NCBI RefSeq assembly: GCF_963921235.1
Contig: NC_086097.1
Coordinates: 175,028,001 to 175,092,000 of the forward strand
Length of the DNA: 64,000 bases
Source of the DNA: Mobula hypostoma
Lineage: Eukaryota
Direction of reading: 5' to 3'
The notes under the pieces were generated by a model. The model searched no databases and was not told the origin of the DNA. It saw only the letters and a list, made by a program, of their open reading frames with translations. Position 1 is the stretch's first letter, and every line of letters starts with the position of its first letter. Both the position numbers and the translations under genes were made by a program. This document shows positions 1-12,157 of this stretch, piece after piece.

Positions 1-400
1 TAGAATAATATCTGCCTTGAATGAAAGGTTCCTTGCATTGCAGGATTTAGCATTGAAGCTTACTGAATATTGAAAAGCTTGGACGTGGAGCTGATATTTC
101 CAATAGTGGGGAAATCTAGGTCTGGGGGCACAGCCTTAAGATAAAAGGACGTCTCTTTCGAACAGAGATGAGGAGGAATTTCTTTAATTTCTGTGGGATT
201 CATTGCCGTAGACAGTTGTGGGAATCAAGCCATTGGATATATTTAAAGTAGAAGTACAAAGGCCCTTGATTATTAAGGACATCAAAGGTTATATAGGGAG
301 AAGGCAGGAGAATGAAGTTGAGATGGGAAATAAATCTGCAATGATTGAATGCTGGAGACCCACTGGTCTGAATAACCTAATTCTGCTCCTATGTCTTATG
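1..400 (+). mobile_element. CR1-type LINE 3' fragment (degenerate)
   Basis: ORF2 3' remnants (agagatgaggaggaatttcttt...ctgtgggattcattgcc) and tail ctaattctgctcctatgtcttatgg, shared with the long CR1 copies at 18.1-20.7 kb and 34.9-39.3 kb; boundaries approximate. Confidence 0.75.
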
Positions 401-723
401 GACCTGAGTTTCTTAGCAGAATTGGAGCCCGTGGAATAAAGGAGGCAGTGTGGATAAAAGTATTTGAGAAGACATGGAAAGCAAAAGGTGAAACAGTTCA
501 AAATCTACCACTCTTGAGGTTTGTTAGAGTTGGTGGATTCAGCAAGTGAAATTCACTGTGGAGAAGTCTGAAGTGATGAATTTTGGAAATAGTAAGACCA
601 TAATTGGAAAAATGACATTAAGGAGAGTGCTGGGGGTATTTCAACTGAAAACCATGGAAGCTAGCAAGAGAAGACAATGTAACAATTAATAACGAATTTT
701 ATTGTTAAGTTGATTATAAAAGA

Positions 724-1118
724 ATGAGGGGGATCTCTTTGAAACCTGTTGAATATTGAAAGACTAAGAGTGGATGTGGAGAGAATGTTTCCAATTGGAG
801 GGGGGGGTGAATCTCGAACCAAAAGGCACAGCCTCAGAATAGAGGGACATCCATTTAGAACAGAGATGAGAAGGAATTTCTTTATCTGAGGGTGGTGAAT
901 CTGTGGAATTCATTGCCATGGATGGCTGTGGATGTCAAGTCATGGAGTGTATTTAAAGCACAGTTTGATGGGTTTTTGGATAGTCAGAAGGTCAAAGATT
1001 TCAGGGTAGAAGGCAGGAGAATAGAGTTGAGAGGAGTAATAAGTCAGGCAAGATGGAATGACGGAGAAGACTTGATGAACTGAGTGGCATAGTTCTGCTG
1101 TAATGTCTTAGCATCTTA
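724..1118 (+). mobile_element. CR1-type LINE 3' fragment
   Basis: ORF 892-1083 VVNLWNSLP...FKAQFDGFL is the typical CR1 ORF2 C-terminus, followed by a CR1-like tail. Confidence 0.8.
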
Positions 1119-1625
1119 TTTATTTATGTAATTTATAGAGTCTGTCACGTGCACTTGTATGGCCTTTAGACGTTACACCATGCCTAGAACAAACAGTTGC
1201 GTGTGCTTGTGTTATTTTTATCCATTTGGGCTGAAAGACTCATTCATGAAAATAATAATGTTTGATAATTTTATTTTTTTTATTTTTACTTTTAAATAAA
1301 ATTGAGACCCTTGCCAAGATGCCACAAAAAGATTTGACACTAGCCAAAAAAAAAACCTACTGGATCAAATTAAAAGCCATCTGCCTAACACCACTGATTG
1401 TCAGCTAGCGGAGCCCAAAACGTCAACGGTACTTTTTTCTCAGCATTTTGTGTGTGTTGCAGAGATAACTGGAGTGCTGAAATCTATAATTACACACTTG
1501 ATACATCTGTAAGAAGAATGGGCATTGCACAAGGGACCATGGGAAGTATCCTATATTTATGTTTAATTTTATTTTCTTGTAGTTGCTGCTTATTGGACAA
1601 TGGGCCTGTGATGTTGCTGCAAGTA

Positions 1626-3124
1626 CTGTGTCTCTGAAAAGTATTCACCCCCTTGGAAGTTTTCATGTTTTATTGTTTTACAACATTGAATCACAGTGGA
1701 TTTAATTTGGCTTTTTTTTTACACTGAACAACAGAAAACAACTCTTTCATGTGAAAGTGAAAACAGATCTCTACAAAGATATCTAAATTATTTACAAATG
1801 TAAAATGCAAAATAATCGATTGCATAAGTATTCACCCCTTTCAAGTCGATATTTAATAGATGCACCTTTGGCAGCAAATATAGCCCTGAGTCTGTGTGTA
1901 GGTCATTATCAGCTTTGCACATCTGGACACTGGAATTTTTCCCCTAAATTTTAATTGGGGAAAATTTTAATTTTGAGGTCTGGACACTGACTTGGCACCC
2001 CAGGACATTAACTTTGTTGTTCAGCCATTCCTGTGTTTGGGGCCATTGTCTTACTGGAAAACAAATCTCCCAAGTCGCAGTTCTCTTGCAGACTACGTCA
2101 GGTTTTCCCTGTATTTTGCTGCATTCATCTTACCCTCTACCTTCACAAGCCTTCCAGGGCCTGCTGGAGTGAAGCATCCCCACAACATAATGCAGCCAGC
2201 ACCATGCTTCACGTTAGGGATGGTGTGTTTTTGATGATGTGCAGTGTAGTGTTTAGTCTGATGGCCAAAAAGCTCAATTTTGATTTCATGAGATCATTGA
2301 ATCTTCCGGCTGACTTCAGAGTCTCCCACATGCCTTTTTGCAAACTCTAGCTGAGATTTCATGTGAGAATTTTTCAACAGTGGCTTTCTTTTTTCCACTG
2401 TCCCATAAAACTTCGACTGGTCAAACACACGGACAACAGTTGTTGTATGTGTAGTCACTCCCATCTCTGCCACTGAATCTTGTAAGTCCTCCAGAGTTGT
2501 CATGGGTCTCTTGGTGGCCTCCATCACTAGTTCCCTTGCGTGGTCACTCAGAGTTTAAGGACAGCTTGCTCCGAGCAGATTTGCAGCTGTGCCGTATTCT
2601 TTCCATTTCTTGATAATTGACTTAACTGTACTCCAAGGGATAGTCAGTGACTTGGAAATGTTCATGTATCCATCTCCTGACTTGTGCTTTTCAATAACCC
2701 TTTCATGGAGTTGCTTGGAATGTTCTTTTGTCTTCATGGTGTAGTTTTTGGCAAGATACTGACTCAACAGTAGTTGGACTTTCCAGATGCAGGTGTATTT
2801 TACTACAATCAATTGAAACACCTTGACTACGCACAGGTCACTAAAAACAGATCTCAATTTAACTAACTATGTGACTTCTAATGAGTGGTGATTTGGTGTA
2901 TCATATTAAAGGTGGAGATGGGTACTTACGCAATCCATTATTTTGTGTTTTATATTTAAATTATTTTAGATCACTTTCTGGAGATCTGTTTTCACTTTGA
3001 CACGAAAGAGTCTTTTTCTGTTGATCAGTGTCAAAAAAGCCAAATTAAATCCACTGTGATTCAATGTTGTGAAACAATAAAACATGAAAACTTCCAAGGG
3101 AGGTGCATACTTTTTATAGGCACC
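1626..3124 (-). mobile_element. Tc1-family DNA transposon, degenerate, long terminal inverted repeats
   Basis: Imperfect TIRs of more than 150 bp (gtattcacccccttggaagttttcatgttttattg...gtgaaaacagatctc vs its reverse complement ending ~3120). Minus-strand transposase remnants MKTKEHSKQLHERVIEKHKSGDGY..ISKSL.IPWSTVKSIIKKWKEYGT, KRKPLLK..HMKSQLEFAKRH and VKHGAGCIMLWGCF, with frameshifts. Confidence 0.92.
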
Positions 3125-3519
3125 TTTTCATTGCACCTGTATGTTACTGTGCATAATGACAGTAAACTCAACTTTGACCTACATTCCAGTTTTTTGATGT
3201 AACTTTTTCATGTTTTTTTCCCCCTGGCTCTAGGTTATGAGATCTTCCATTTATTCTGAGATAAGTTTGAGGGTCACATTAGGAAAATGTCACCTCTCAT
3301 CTTTTGGCTCAAATCTTGCAGATGGCAGTGAAGGAAATGAATTTGTCATTCATTTTGTTGATGGCTGTCCACAATTTGTTTTCGGATTCAGAGCAGAAAT
3401 TCATCTGACACAGTATTTGATGTAACACAGTCCCTGATGCAGGGTAATCATCTGTGCAGCTTCAGACTGGGACAATCAATAATGAGACTCTTCAACCAAC
3501 CAGATTGAAGAGTAATGCT

Positions 3520-4040
3520 CTAGAGAAGGTGTAGAGGAGATTCACCAGAATGTTCTGTCATCAATTTTCAGATCAAAATCTTGCAATTCCTGAATTTTTC
3601 GAGCAGATTAATTGCCAAACATGGAGCATTACAGTATAAAGGAAAGATTGGATAGGCTGAGTTTGTTTTCCATGGAACAGAGGAGGCTGAGGTGACTTGA
3701 TAGTTATATAAAATTATGAGATTATAATACAATTATAGGTATATAGTTGAAGTATTTTTCACATGGTAGGGTGTCAGTGAAAAGGGACACATAGGTTTAA
3801 GTGAGAAGAAAAGATTTAGAGTAAGTAACAGAGGTTGGTTTCAGACTGGAATGTGCTGCTTTAAGAGGCAATGGATACAGGTATTCACAACATTTAAGAA
3901 ACATCCAGACAAGTACTTGAATGACCAAGGCATAGAAACCAACAGACCTAACGTGTAAATGGAGGTCGTATAGGTAGGTACAAGAGGTGGCATGGATGTG
4001 ATGGACCAAATGGCCTCCTTCTGTACTGTACGACTCTGAC
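3520..4040 (+). mobile_element. CR1-type LINE 3' fragment
   Basis: ctagagaaggtgtagaggagattcaccagaatg (LE.V.RRFTRM), CR1 3' region and tail ggcctccttctgtactgtacgactct. Confidence 0.7.
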
Positions 4041-4495
4041 TCCAAATCAGAAGTAAAGAGTATCCACATTCATGATTTTTTTTGAGGGCCAGACAAATCC
4101 TGTTATTTAATATTGCAGCATCCCTAACTTTTTCTGCATGCTTGTTAAGAACCTGATAGACAAGTTTTCTCTAACCTACTTCTACTCTTTCTTTCTGGGA
4201 CTTCATTTGAGTAAAACATCTTGTGGCCCTTCATGGGATCGCAAGTGAGCAAAATTTTGCCTACTTGGGTCCCAGAGTCTCATAGCATGAAAACAGGCCC
4301 TTCGACCCAATTTATCCACGGCAACTGTGTTGCCCAATGAGATAGTCCCAGTCAAAAACTTGGCAAATATTCAAGTTTTAAGGAGCATTTTAAGAGATGA
4401 GAGATGTGGAAGGAATTCCAGAATTGGGGTTGCTGCTGTTTTGTCATGTCTTATTGGCCTGTGACACATGTATGCCTTGTAACTATATTTTGTAG

Positions 4496-4601
4496 CCAAG
4501 CTGTAGTGGTGGACCGAACCATGTACATTTCTGGACAGTTGGGACTAGACCCTGCAACTGGGCAACTTGTACCTGGAGGAACATCACAGGAAGCCAAGCA
4601 G
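4496..4601 (+). CDS. RIDA: RIDA (2-iminobutanoate/2-iminopropanoate deaminase, RidA/YjgF/UK114 family) exon 2
   Basis: tttgtag|C...AAGCAG|gtaata; 106 bp encoding (S)QAVVVDRTMYISGQLGLDPATGQLVPGGTSQEAKQ, closely matching vertebrate RIDA. Confidence 0.97.
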
Positions 4602-5373
4602 GTAATACGTTCATAAAACAAGTGCATTGATTCTCAGAATGTTAACACTTCCCTCTTCCCACATTCTTTCAATAAATAATATGACTTTAATTGTTCTTCA
4701 CTTCTTGATGTTAACCTTGTCTTTCCTCTTGCTTTAACACATCTACATGGTGCCTTTCTCCATACTCAGAATCTGTGAAGTCTGAGTATTTACCATTTGA
4801 AGTGTAGTCAATGCACAGTAATGTATGCAAACCTTAAATCCTTGCACTCTTTAGCCTTGCCTTTCCTTTCATTCTGTAATCCAAAATTGGCCACGCTAAT
4901 TTTGAATCCAATCTGCCAAGTCTCTGTTGTTCCCATGTGCCATAACCTTCTAGATCAGCTTACCATGAGGGATCTTGGTGAAAGCTCCAACTATACACCT
5001 TCTCATCAATCATCTTTGTCACCACCTCAAAAATGTGACTTCTGCACAAAACCATGTTGACTATCCCTAATAACACCATGCTCTTCCAGATCCAAGTAGT
5101 TCTTATCCTTAAGAAAAGTCTCCAATAATTTCTCTACTGCCAATGTAAAGTTTAATAGGTTGTAATATTGTAGTTTGTCCCTTTTGCTCTTCTGAAGCAG
5201 AGGGGGACAACACTGGCTTTTGCCTAGACCTCTATATCTTGGTTACTTATTGTTTTTCCCCCATTGGGGAAGGAGGATCAGTGGAGGCAGTGGGATGGGT
5301 GTGTGAAGGGATTAAGTGTCACATTTGTTTTAATTTATAATGCATGAACTAATTTTTGCAATTATTTTGACAG

Positions 5374-5428
5374 GCTCTAATCAACATGGGAGAGATCCTC
5401 AAAGCTGCAAACTGTGACTATGATAATG
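5374..5428 (+). CDS. RIDA: RIDA exon 3
   Basis: ttttgacag|GCT...AATG|gtatga; 55 bp encoding ALINMGEILKAANCDYDN(V); phase fits flanking exons. Confidence 0.97.
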
Positions 5429-5611
5429 GTATGAGGATTACTTATAGCTTTTTCTTTTTGGTGCAGCTACAGCCAATAACAGGAGAGCTTTTACTCATGA
5501 ATTAAGGCAAATGAGATGAAATAACCAAAGAAAAATAAAGAATTTCAAGCAACACACATCAAAGTTGCTGGTGAACACAGCAGGCCAGGCAGCATCTCTA
5601 GGAAGAGGTGC

Positions 5612-5647
5612 AGTCGACGTTTCGGGCCGAGACCCTTTGTCAGGACT
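5612..5647 (-). ncRNA. Minimal hammerhead ribozyme motif, core variant
   Basis: Reverse complement AGTC-CTGACAA-AGGGTCTCGGCCC-GAAA-CGTC-GACT; CUGANGA core changed to CUGACAA, probably impaired. Confidence 0.55.
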
Positions 5648-6365
5648 AACTGAAAGAAGAGATAGCAAAAGATTTGAAAGTGGGAAGGGGAGGGGGAAAT
5701 CCGAAATGATAGGAGAAAACAGGAGGGGAAGGGATAGAGCTAAGAGCTAGACAAGTGATTGGCAAAGGGGATATGAAAGGATCATGGTATGAGAGGATCA
5801 TGGGACAGGAGGCCCAGGGAGAAGGAAAAGGTCGGGGGGGAGCCCAGAGGATGGGCAAGGGGTCTTGTGAGGGGGACAGAGGGAGAAAAAGGAGAGAGAG
5901 AAAAAGAATGTGTGTGTATAAATAAATAACGGATGGGTTACGAGGGGGAGGTGGGGCATTAGCAGAAATTTGAGAAGTCAATGTTCATGCCATCAGGTTG
6001 GAGGCTACCCAGATGGAATATAAGGTGTTGTTCCATCATGAACATTGACTTCTCTATCTTCCGCTAATGCCTCACCTCCCCCTCATATCCCATCCATTAT
6101 TTATTTATATACACACATTCTTTCTCTCTGTCTCCTTTTTCTCCCTCTGTCCCTCTCACTATACCCTTTGCCCATCCTCCGGGTTTTTTCTCCTCCTCCC
6201 CCTTTTCTTTCTCCCTAAGCCTCCTGTCCCATGATCCTCTCATATCCCTTTTGCCAATCAACTGTCCAGCTCTTGGCTCCATCCCTCCCCCTCCTGTCTT
6301 CTATCATTTTGGATCTCCCCCTCCCCCTACCATTTTCAAATCTCTTACTAGCTCTTCCTTCAGTT

Positions 6366-6401
6366 AGTCCTGACGAAGGGTCTCAGCCCGAAACGTCGAC
6401 T
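6366..6401 (+). ncRNA. Minimal type I hammerhead ribozyme motif (Penelope pLTR)
   Basis: AGTC-CTGACGA-A-GGG tctcag CCC-GAAA-CGTC-GACT: stem I AGTC/GACT, core CUGANGA and GAAA, loopless palindromic stem III (ACGT), predicted cleavage after GUC at 6397. Confidence 0.8.
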
Positions 6402-7126
6402 GTACCTCTTCCTGGAGATGCTGCCTGGCCTGCTGCGTTCACCAGCAACTTTGATGTGTGTTGTTTAAAGAAGTTTAATGATCCTTTTAAGGAGAATACT
6501 GTCAGAATTTACTTTGGTTAGAATTTGTGAGTTTAAAACAACAGCGAAATACTTTGGATGATGACAATCAGAGACAAGAAATGAAAAATCCAAGGGATAG
6601 TTGGATTTTTTTTTAAGAGAAAACGTGACTTGGTGGTTTACCTTGCCAATCTTTTGTTTCTGAATGAGAATGTCTCTGACCTGAAACATAGCAAAAGCCA
6701 TATATAGGTTAGGTGACCACTTCGTGGACACCTATGATCAGTTTGCAGTGTGACTCTAAATTTTCTATTGTGAACACTTTCATTCACTGTCCTGGTCACA
6801 CACTGACCTCTCCATCTGTCACCTCCTGCACTGTTACAACTTGCCCAATATAAGTTTGAGGAGCAACGTCTTGTCTTCCGCCTGGACACGTTTCAGCCTT
6901 TCAAGTTTGACATTGAATTCTCCAACTTTAGGTAATTGTTTTTTTTTCTTCTGTTTGAATTGGAACTGGCCACTTCTGCCAATAATCATTTGGGCTCAGT
7001 TTTTCTTATTCTATTTATAGAGTCTAGCCTACTGGAAATGTTCCATAGCCTGTTATACAGACAAAATGCGTAATGTGCTTTTAACTGTATCTATTAACTT
7101 TTTTGGTCTTATCCTATCAGAGATAT

Positions 7127-8170
7127 TTCTTTTGTTCTTCTTTCTCAATCTTTTTATTAATTTTTTGAGAAGTACATGTATACAGACAAGAGGATTATCT
7201 CTGATACCTATATCGATAACAATACATATAAAAGGTAAAATAAACATTATCAAGATCATACATATCATACATAGTATTAATCTAATAGTATATAATAAAA
7301 ATCAAATACTCCTGTTATCATTTCATAGAGAGAAAAAAGATAAAGAAACTTTTATAATTTTTATATATAGGAAAAAACCCACTATTCTCTATATATTTTT
7401 TTTTAAAAAATGAAAAATAATTTAAAAAAAAAGAGGGACCGGCCAGCCCACGTTGAGAGTAAAGCAAGAAAAAAGAAAAACTTTCTGATCAAATCCAAAG
7501 TTTCGAGAGAGTAACTGGGAGAGCAATAAATCAAACCATATGAAAATATTGAATAAAAGGTCACCAGGTCTCTTCAAATTTAAAGGCTGTATCAAATGTC
7601 TGACTTCTTATTTTCTTTAAACTTAAACAGAACATAATGGAGGAAAGCCAAAAGAAAACAGTAGGTGGATTAGAGTCCTTCCATTTAAGCAAAATGGCTC
7701 TCCTAGCCAATAAAGTTGTAAATGCTATCATCCGTTGAGCAGAAACAGGAACATATCTTGCTTCCGGTGGAATGATCCCAAAAATTGCTGTAAATAAATT
7801 CGGTTGTAGGTCCAAATTCAAAACTTTTGATAACTTTTGGAAAGATGTCTTTAAAACTTTATCTATCTTGATACAAGACCAAAACGTATGAGTTAAAATA
7901 GCCACCTCAATGTTACATCTGTCTGAAATAGGATTAATATTAGGAAAAATATGGGCTAATTTATCCTTTGACATAGGTGCCCGGTGTACTAACTTGAACT
8001 GTATCAAGGAATGATGGGCACAAATGGATGAGGTATTTACCAAATGAAAAATTTTATCCCATTGATTATCTGAAAGTGACTCTCGAAATTCCAATTCCCA
8101 CGCACCTTTAATTTTATCATTAGATACCTTTTGCAAATTCAATAACCATTTATAAATTATAGCTATCAGT
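7127..8170 (-). mobile_element. L1-clade LINE, ORF2 3' part and A-rich 3' UTR
   Basis: ORF 7561-8142 (WDKIFHLVNTSSICAHHSLIQFKLVHR...DRC...LTHTFWSC...LLARRAILLKWKDSNPP) resembles fish L1 ORF2 C-termini; frame continues at 10863 across the hAT insertion. Confidence 0.88.
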
Positions 8171-8353
8171 CAATGTTCCCTCTAATTTTTAGTAGTCAGT
8201 GTGCGCAAAAATCTTCTATTGTGCAAGTTTTTTTCCTGTGACAAAAGTACGTGCGCACTGAATGCACACATGGGACAGTTTATGTAGGTTTACAAAATAT
8301 TTGACATAAAACTGTACAGAATAACAACAAAATAACATACATATTTAAGTCAC

Positions 8354-8805
8354 ACACACAAAAAATGCTGGTGAACACAGCAGGCCAGGCAGCATCTATA
8401 GGAAGAGGTACAGTCGACGTTTCGAGCCGAGACCCTTCGTCAGGACTAGCTGAAAGAAGAAATAGTAAGAGATTTGAAAGTGGGAGGGGGAGGGGGAAAT
8501 CCGAAATGATAGAAGACAGGAGGGGGAGGGATGGAGCTAAGAGCTGGAAAGTTGATTGGCAAAAGGGATACGAGGCTGGAGAAGGGAGAGGATCATGGGA
8601 CAGAAGGCCTAGAGAGAAAGAAGGGGGGGGAGCCCAGAGGATGGGCAAGGGGTATAGTGAGAGGGACAGAGAGAGGGAAAAAAAGGGGGAAAATCATAAT
8701 AATGATAATAAGAAATAAGGGATGAGGTATGAAGGGGAGGGGGGCATTAGCAGAAGTTAGAGAAGTCAAGTTCATGCCATCAGGTTGGAGATATTTAATT
8801 TTTAT
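8354..8805 (-). mobile_element. Penelope-like terminal repeat inserted in the hAT element
   Basis: Matches the pLTR at 13893-14360; flanked by 14-bp direct repeat CATATTTAAGTCAC (8340-8353 / 8806-8819). Confidence 0.9.
8412..8447 (-). ncRNA. Minimal hammerhead ribozyme motif
   Basis: Reverse complement AGTC-CTGACGA-AGGGTCTCGGCTC-GAAA-CGTC-GACT. Confidence 0.75.
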
Positions 8806-9363
8806 CATATTTAAGTCACTCAGTTATTTTTTCTCTCTCCTGTCTTCGGCATTTACCCATTCTTTGTAAACGCTATCTCGACTAATAGAACTTCCATCCC
8901 ATTGATATCTTTTGATTCTCATTAACATATCCAAATGACATTCACCTAAACAGTTTCTCAGCTTGGTTTTGAGTTGATTCATTAGGCTAAAACCTCGCTC
9001 ACAGTACGCACTAGACACAAGAAAGGTTCCCCCAATGTCCATCAACTGTGCAAGGTCGCAAAACTGTTCATTTTGAAGTACAGATGCCACCATTTGAGCA
9101 AAGTTTGAAATTGGTTTGGATTTAATTTTTTCTTGAAATCATTAAACTGTCTAACTATTACAATATTTTCAGCTAGAAAATCATGATATTTTAGACATAA
9201 GGCATTAACTTGTTCATCGCCAAATGTGAAGTCACAATCTGCAATGACGGAAAAATCAAAAGTTGACCATTCTTGTACCTCAACTTTGATCTCCTCTGGG
9301 TTTGATCGTCTTCACTCTCGCTCATCTGCACTCAACCGTAACATACGTGGCACTCCTGTAACG

Positions 9364-10161
9364 CAGGGGTCCCCAACCTTTTTTGCACCACGGACCGTTT
9401 TAATATTGACAATATTCTTGCGGACCGGCCAACCGGCGGGGGGGGGGTTCAAGTGGGGTTAAACTTACCTCAACGTGTCTTTTACAGTTAGGGTTGCCAA
9501 CTTTCTCACTCCCAAATAAGGGACAAAAGTAGCAGTCAAATCCCAGGACACTTTACCCCAGGAAAGACTACCATGACAGTGAAGCCTTGCGCGGTCACCT
9601 GTGTGCGCATGCGTGACGTGCGTATGTGATGTGCGCATGCATGTACGTGCCAATTTTTTTCCCCACAAATTGATTTCCCCTTCATCTTCCCGACTATACT
9701 GTAAATACATTATTTCTACTTTATATAGGCTGTGTATTTATCATATCATTCCTGCTTTTACTATATGTTAGTGTTATTTATTTTCAGTTTTGTGTGTTAT
9801 TTGGTATGATTTGTTAAGTTATCTTTTGGGTCTGGGAACGCTCAAAAATTTTTCCCATATAAATTAATGGTAATTGCTTCTTCACTTCATGCCATTTCGG
9901 CACAAAAGTTTTCATAGGAACGCTCTACCATAGCTGGAGAAATACGGGACAAGGGCGATCCTGTATGGTACAAACCAATTTAGCCCAATATACGGGATGT
10001 CCCGGCAAATACGGAACAGTTGGCAACCCTATGTTCAAGTTCAACAGTGCGTAACAGGGAATGAGGAGAGGCGCAGCTGACTGATATTGTTTCCTCGCGG
10101 CCCGGTAGCACATGCTTTGCGGCCCGGTACCGGTCCGTGGCCTGGTGGTTGGGGACCGCTG
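9364..10161 (-). mobile_element. Non-autonomous hAT (Charlie-like TIRs) nested in the outer hAT
   Basis: TIRs CAGGGGTCCCCAACC / GGTTGGGGACCGCTG; perfect 8-bp TSD CTGTAACG (9356-9363 / 10162-10169); termini shared with 20972-22160 in opposite orientation. Confidence 0.93.
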
Positions 10162-10862
10162 CTGTAACGGGTAATGATGGGTTCTGTTGCCTGAGCTTTT
10201 GTACACCATCCAAATGCGATTTACTTGCCAAATGACACTTCAAAAAGTCAAGTTTCCAAATATCATCCCACTTCTTTCCACTAGCAAATTCTCCAGCAAC
10301 TTTCACATCACAATACAAACAGATAACTCCATTTTCTGAATCGTACATAAATATTTCTCGTAGCTGAACGTTCATGACCTCATGAGCTTTCAGTGTAACA
10401 GTTTCTACTATTTTGTTAAGCCATTCAACTTAATAAATTTGCAGTTCTTTTGCGCTTCACGCCCTTCGCTTCTTTTGAATTCGACATAGTGAATCAATAT
10501 CTTTTCCAATAAAAACTTAGTAAGCTATCTACAGGATTTGAAACAGATCTTTGTAAACTTTACGGTATGAACACTGTCTGCCAAACATGGCTGCCGCCAT
10601 GATGCAGCTGTACAAACCGGAACAGGATAGGTGAGGTAACGTAAATTAGTGACGTGCATTGTGGTATTTGAAAAACCAACTAACTAGTTAACAGAAACAG
10701 TTAGCTAAAAGATTATTTTCAATAAGTATAATAATTATTAACTACTACATTATTTTAGTTAACTACCTTTTGTACGTACATTATTTTCCTTTGTGCGTTG
10801 GTTGAAAAACGTGTATGTGCGCGCGCACATGCGCACAGCTTAGAGGGAACTATGCAATCAGT

Positions 10863-11430
10863 CCTTTTTGAAATGGTTTAACCTGAAAAAGAGTATCTAT
10901 TGTATTGGGTAGATAAGCAGAGGGAATATTTGGAAGTAAACTATGTAAAAAATTCCTCATTTGGAAATATCTAAAAGTGTGCATTAGATAAATCATATTT
11001 GCCCACTAACTGAGTGAAAGACATTAAACCATCCTCCATAAACAAATCCTTAAAAGTTATTATTCCCTTAGTTTTCCAAATTAAAAAGGTCTGATCGGAA
11101 ATTGATGGTTTAAAAAAATAATTAAGATGGATTTTACTAGAAAGAACAAAGTTATTAAACTCAAAAAATCTACGAAACTGAAACCAAATTCTTAATCTAT
11201 GTTTAATAATTGGATTGAGGTCTCGACTACCAATCTTAGAAAGGAAAAAAGGAAGAGAAGCTCCCAGTAAAGAGGCCAAAGAATACCCCTTCACCGAGTT
11301 TTTCTCCAAATCTACCCATAGAGGACAATCATGTATGTCTGAATAATGAATCCAAAACAAGGTGTATCGAATATTAATTACATTCTAAAAATTTGGCAAA
11401 GCCATACCACCATGTTTTTTTAATTTCTAT
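10863..11430 (-). mobile_element. L1-clade LINE ORF2 fragment (upstream continuation of 7127-8170)
   Basis: ORF 10971-11360 (LRIWFQFRRFF...WKTKGIITFKDLF...SFTQLVGKYDL); after removing the hAT the frame reads PFQKGLIAIIYKWLLNLQKVSNDKIK across the junction. Confidence 0.88.
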
Positions 11431-12088
11431 TTCTTTTGTTCTACCCAGACCTGCCTTGGCACATCTTCTACTAAAAACTATGGTCCGCTCTCCGCTATCC
11501 AATTCCTTCCTCTCCAGCCCTTGTCTTTTCTACCCACCTGGCTTCACTATCACCTTTTAGCTATCCTTCTCCTCCCCCTACCTTTTTATTTCGGTGTTTT
11601 CCCCCTCCCTTTCCAGTTCTGAAGAAGGGTCCTGGCCCAAAACGTTAACTGTTTGTTCATTTTCATGTCTTGTCTGATCTGATTAAACTGCCAGCATTTT
11701 GTGTGTGTTGCCGAAAACTAACTTCTTTTTCTCTTTACCAGTGTGACGAAGGTTCCTGGACCTGAAATGATCACTGATCTTTCTGCAGATGCTAATGATC
11801 TGCAAAATGTTTTCAACATTTTCTGTTCTTATCACTGAATCATGAACTGTTTGCAGATGTTCCTTCACCTTCTAGTATTTAATGTCAGTTTAGATTTAAG
11901 TATGTAGAAGGGCTAGATTTACTTCACAACACCATGGAGACTTACTTCATGGAACTTAGGATAGATATTTAAAATAAACAACAAAAGATGCATTTTTATT
12001 TTTAAATTATTGATTCACTAACCCTTAATAATGCCAGTAGTTTGCAGTTTTGTGTAGTTAATGAGAAATTTATAAATTTATCTTCTAG

Positions 12089-12157
12089 TTGTAAAAACAA
12101 CAGTTCTGCTGGCAGACATCAATGACTTCAACTGTGTTAATGAAGTTTACAAGCAAT
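12089..12157 (+). CDS. RIDA: RIDA exon 4
   Basis: tcttctag|TT...CAAT|gtaagt; 69 bp encoding (V)VKTTVLLADINDFNCVNEVYKQ(Y). Confidence 0.97.

Larger units (their letters stand above)
5543..6465. mobile_element. Penelope-like element terminal repeats as an inverted pair
   Basis: 5543-6034 matches the 3' end of the element at 13893-17805 in - orientation; 6037-6465 is its reverse complement; possible TSD TAAAGAA (5536-5542 / 6466-6472). Confidence 0.9.
8171..10854 (-). mobile_element. hAT DNA transposon, internally deleted (ZNF862/Tip100-like, tentative)
   Basis: TIRs CAATGTTCCCTCTAA / TTAGAGGGAACTATG; 8-bp TSD CTATCAGT (8163-8170) / CAATCAGT (10855-10862); N-terminal Zn-finger-like remnant CLYC...HLASKSH (~10170-10375); hAT dimerisation motif SSAYCERGFSLMNQLKTKLRNCL (8824-9093). 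Confidence 0.9.

Noticed and set aside
1..4495. RIDA exon 1 and promoter
   Set aside because: No segment encoding the expected N-terminus (..APxAIGPYS) and no CpG island seen; presumably upstream of the window
4404..4616. 70-aa ORF as a standalone gene
   Set aside because: Only 4496-4601 is RIDA exon 2; the rest is intron in the same frame
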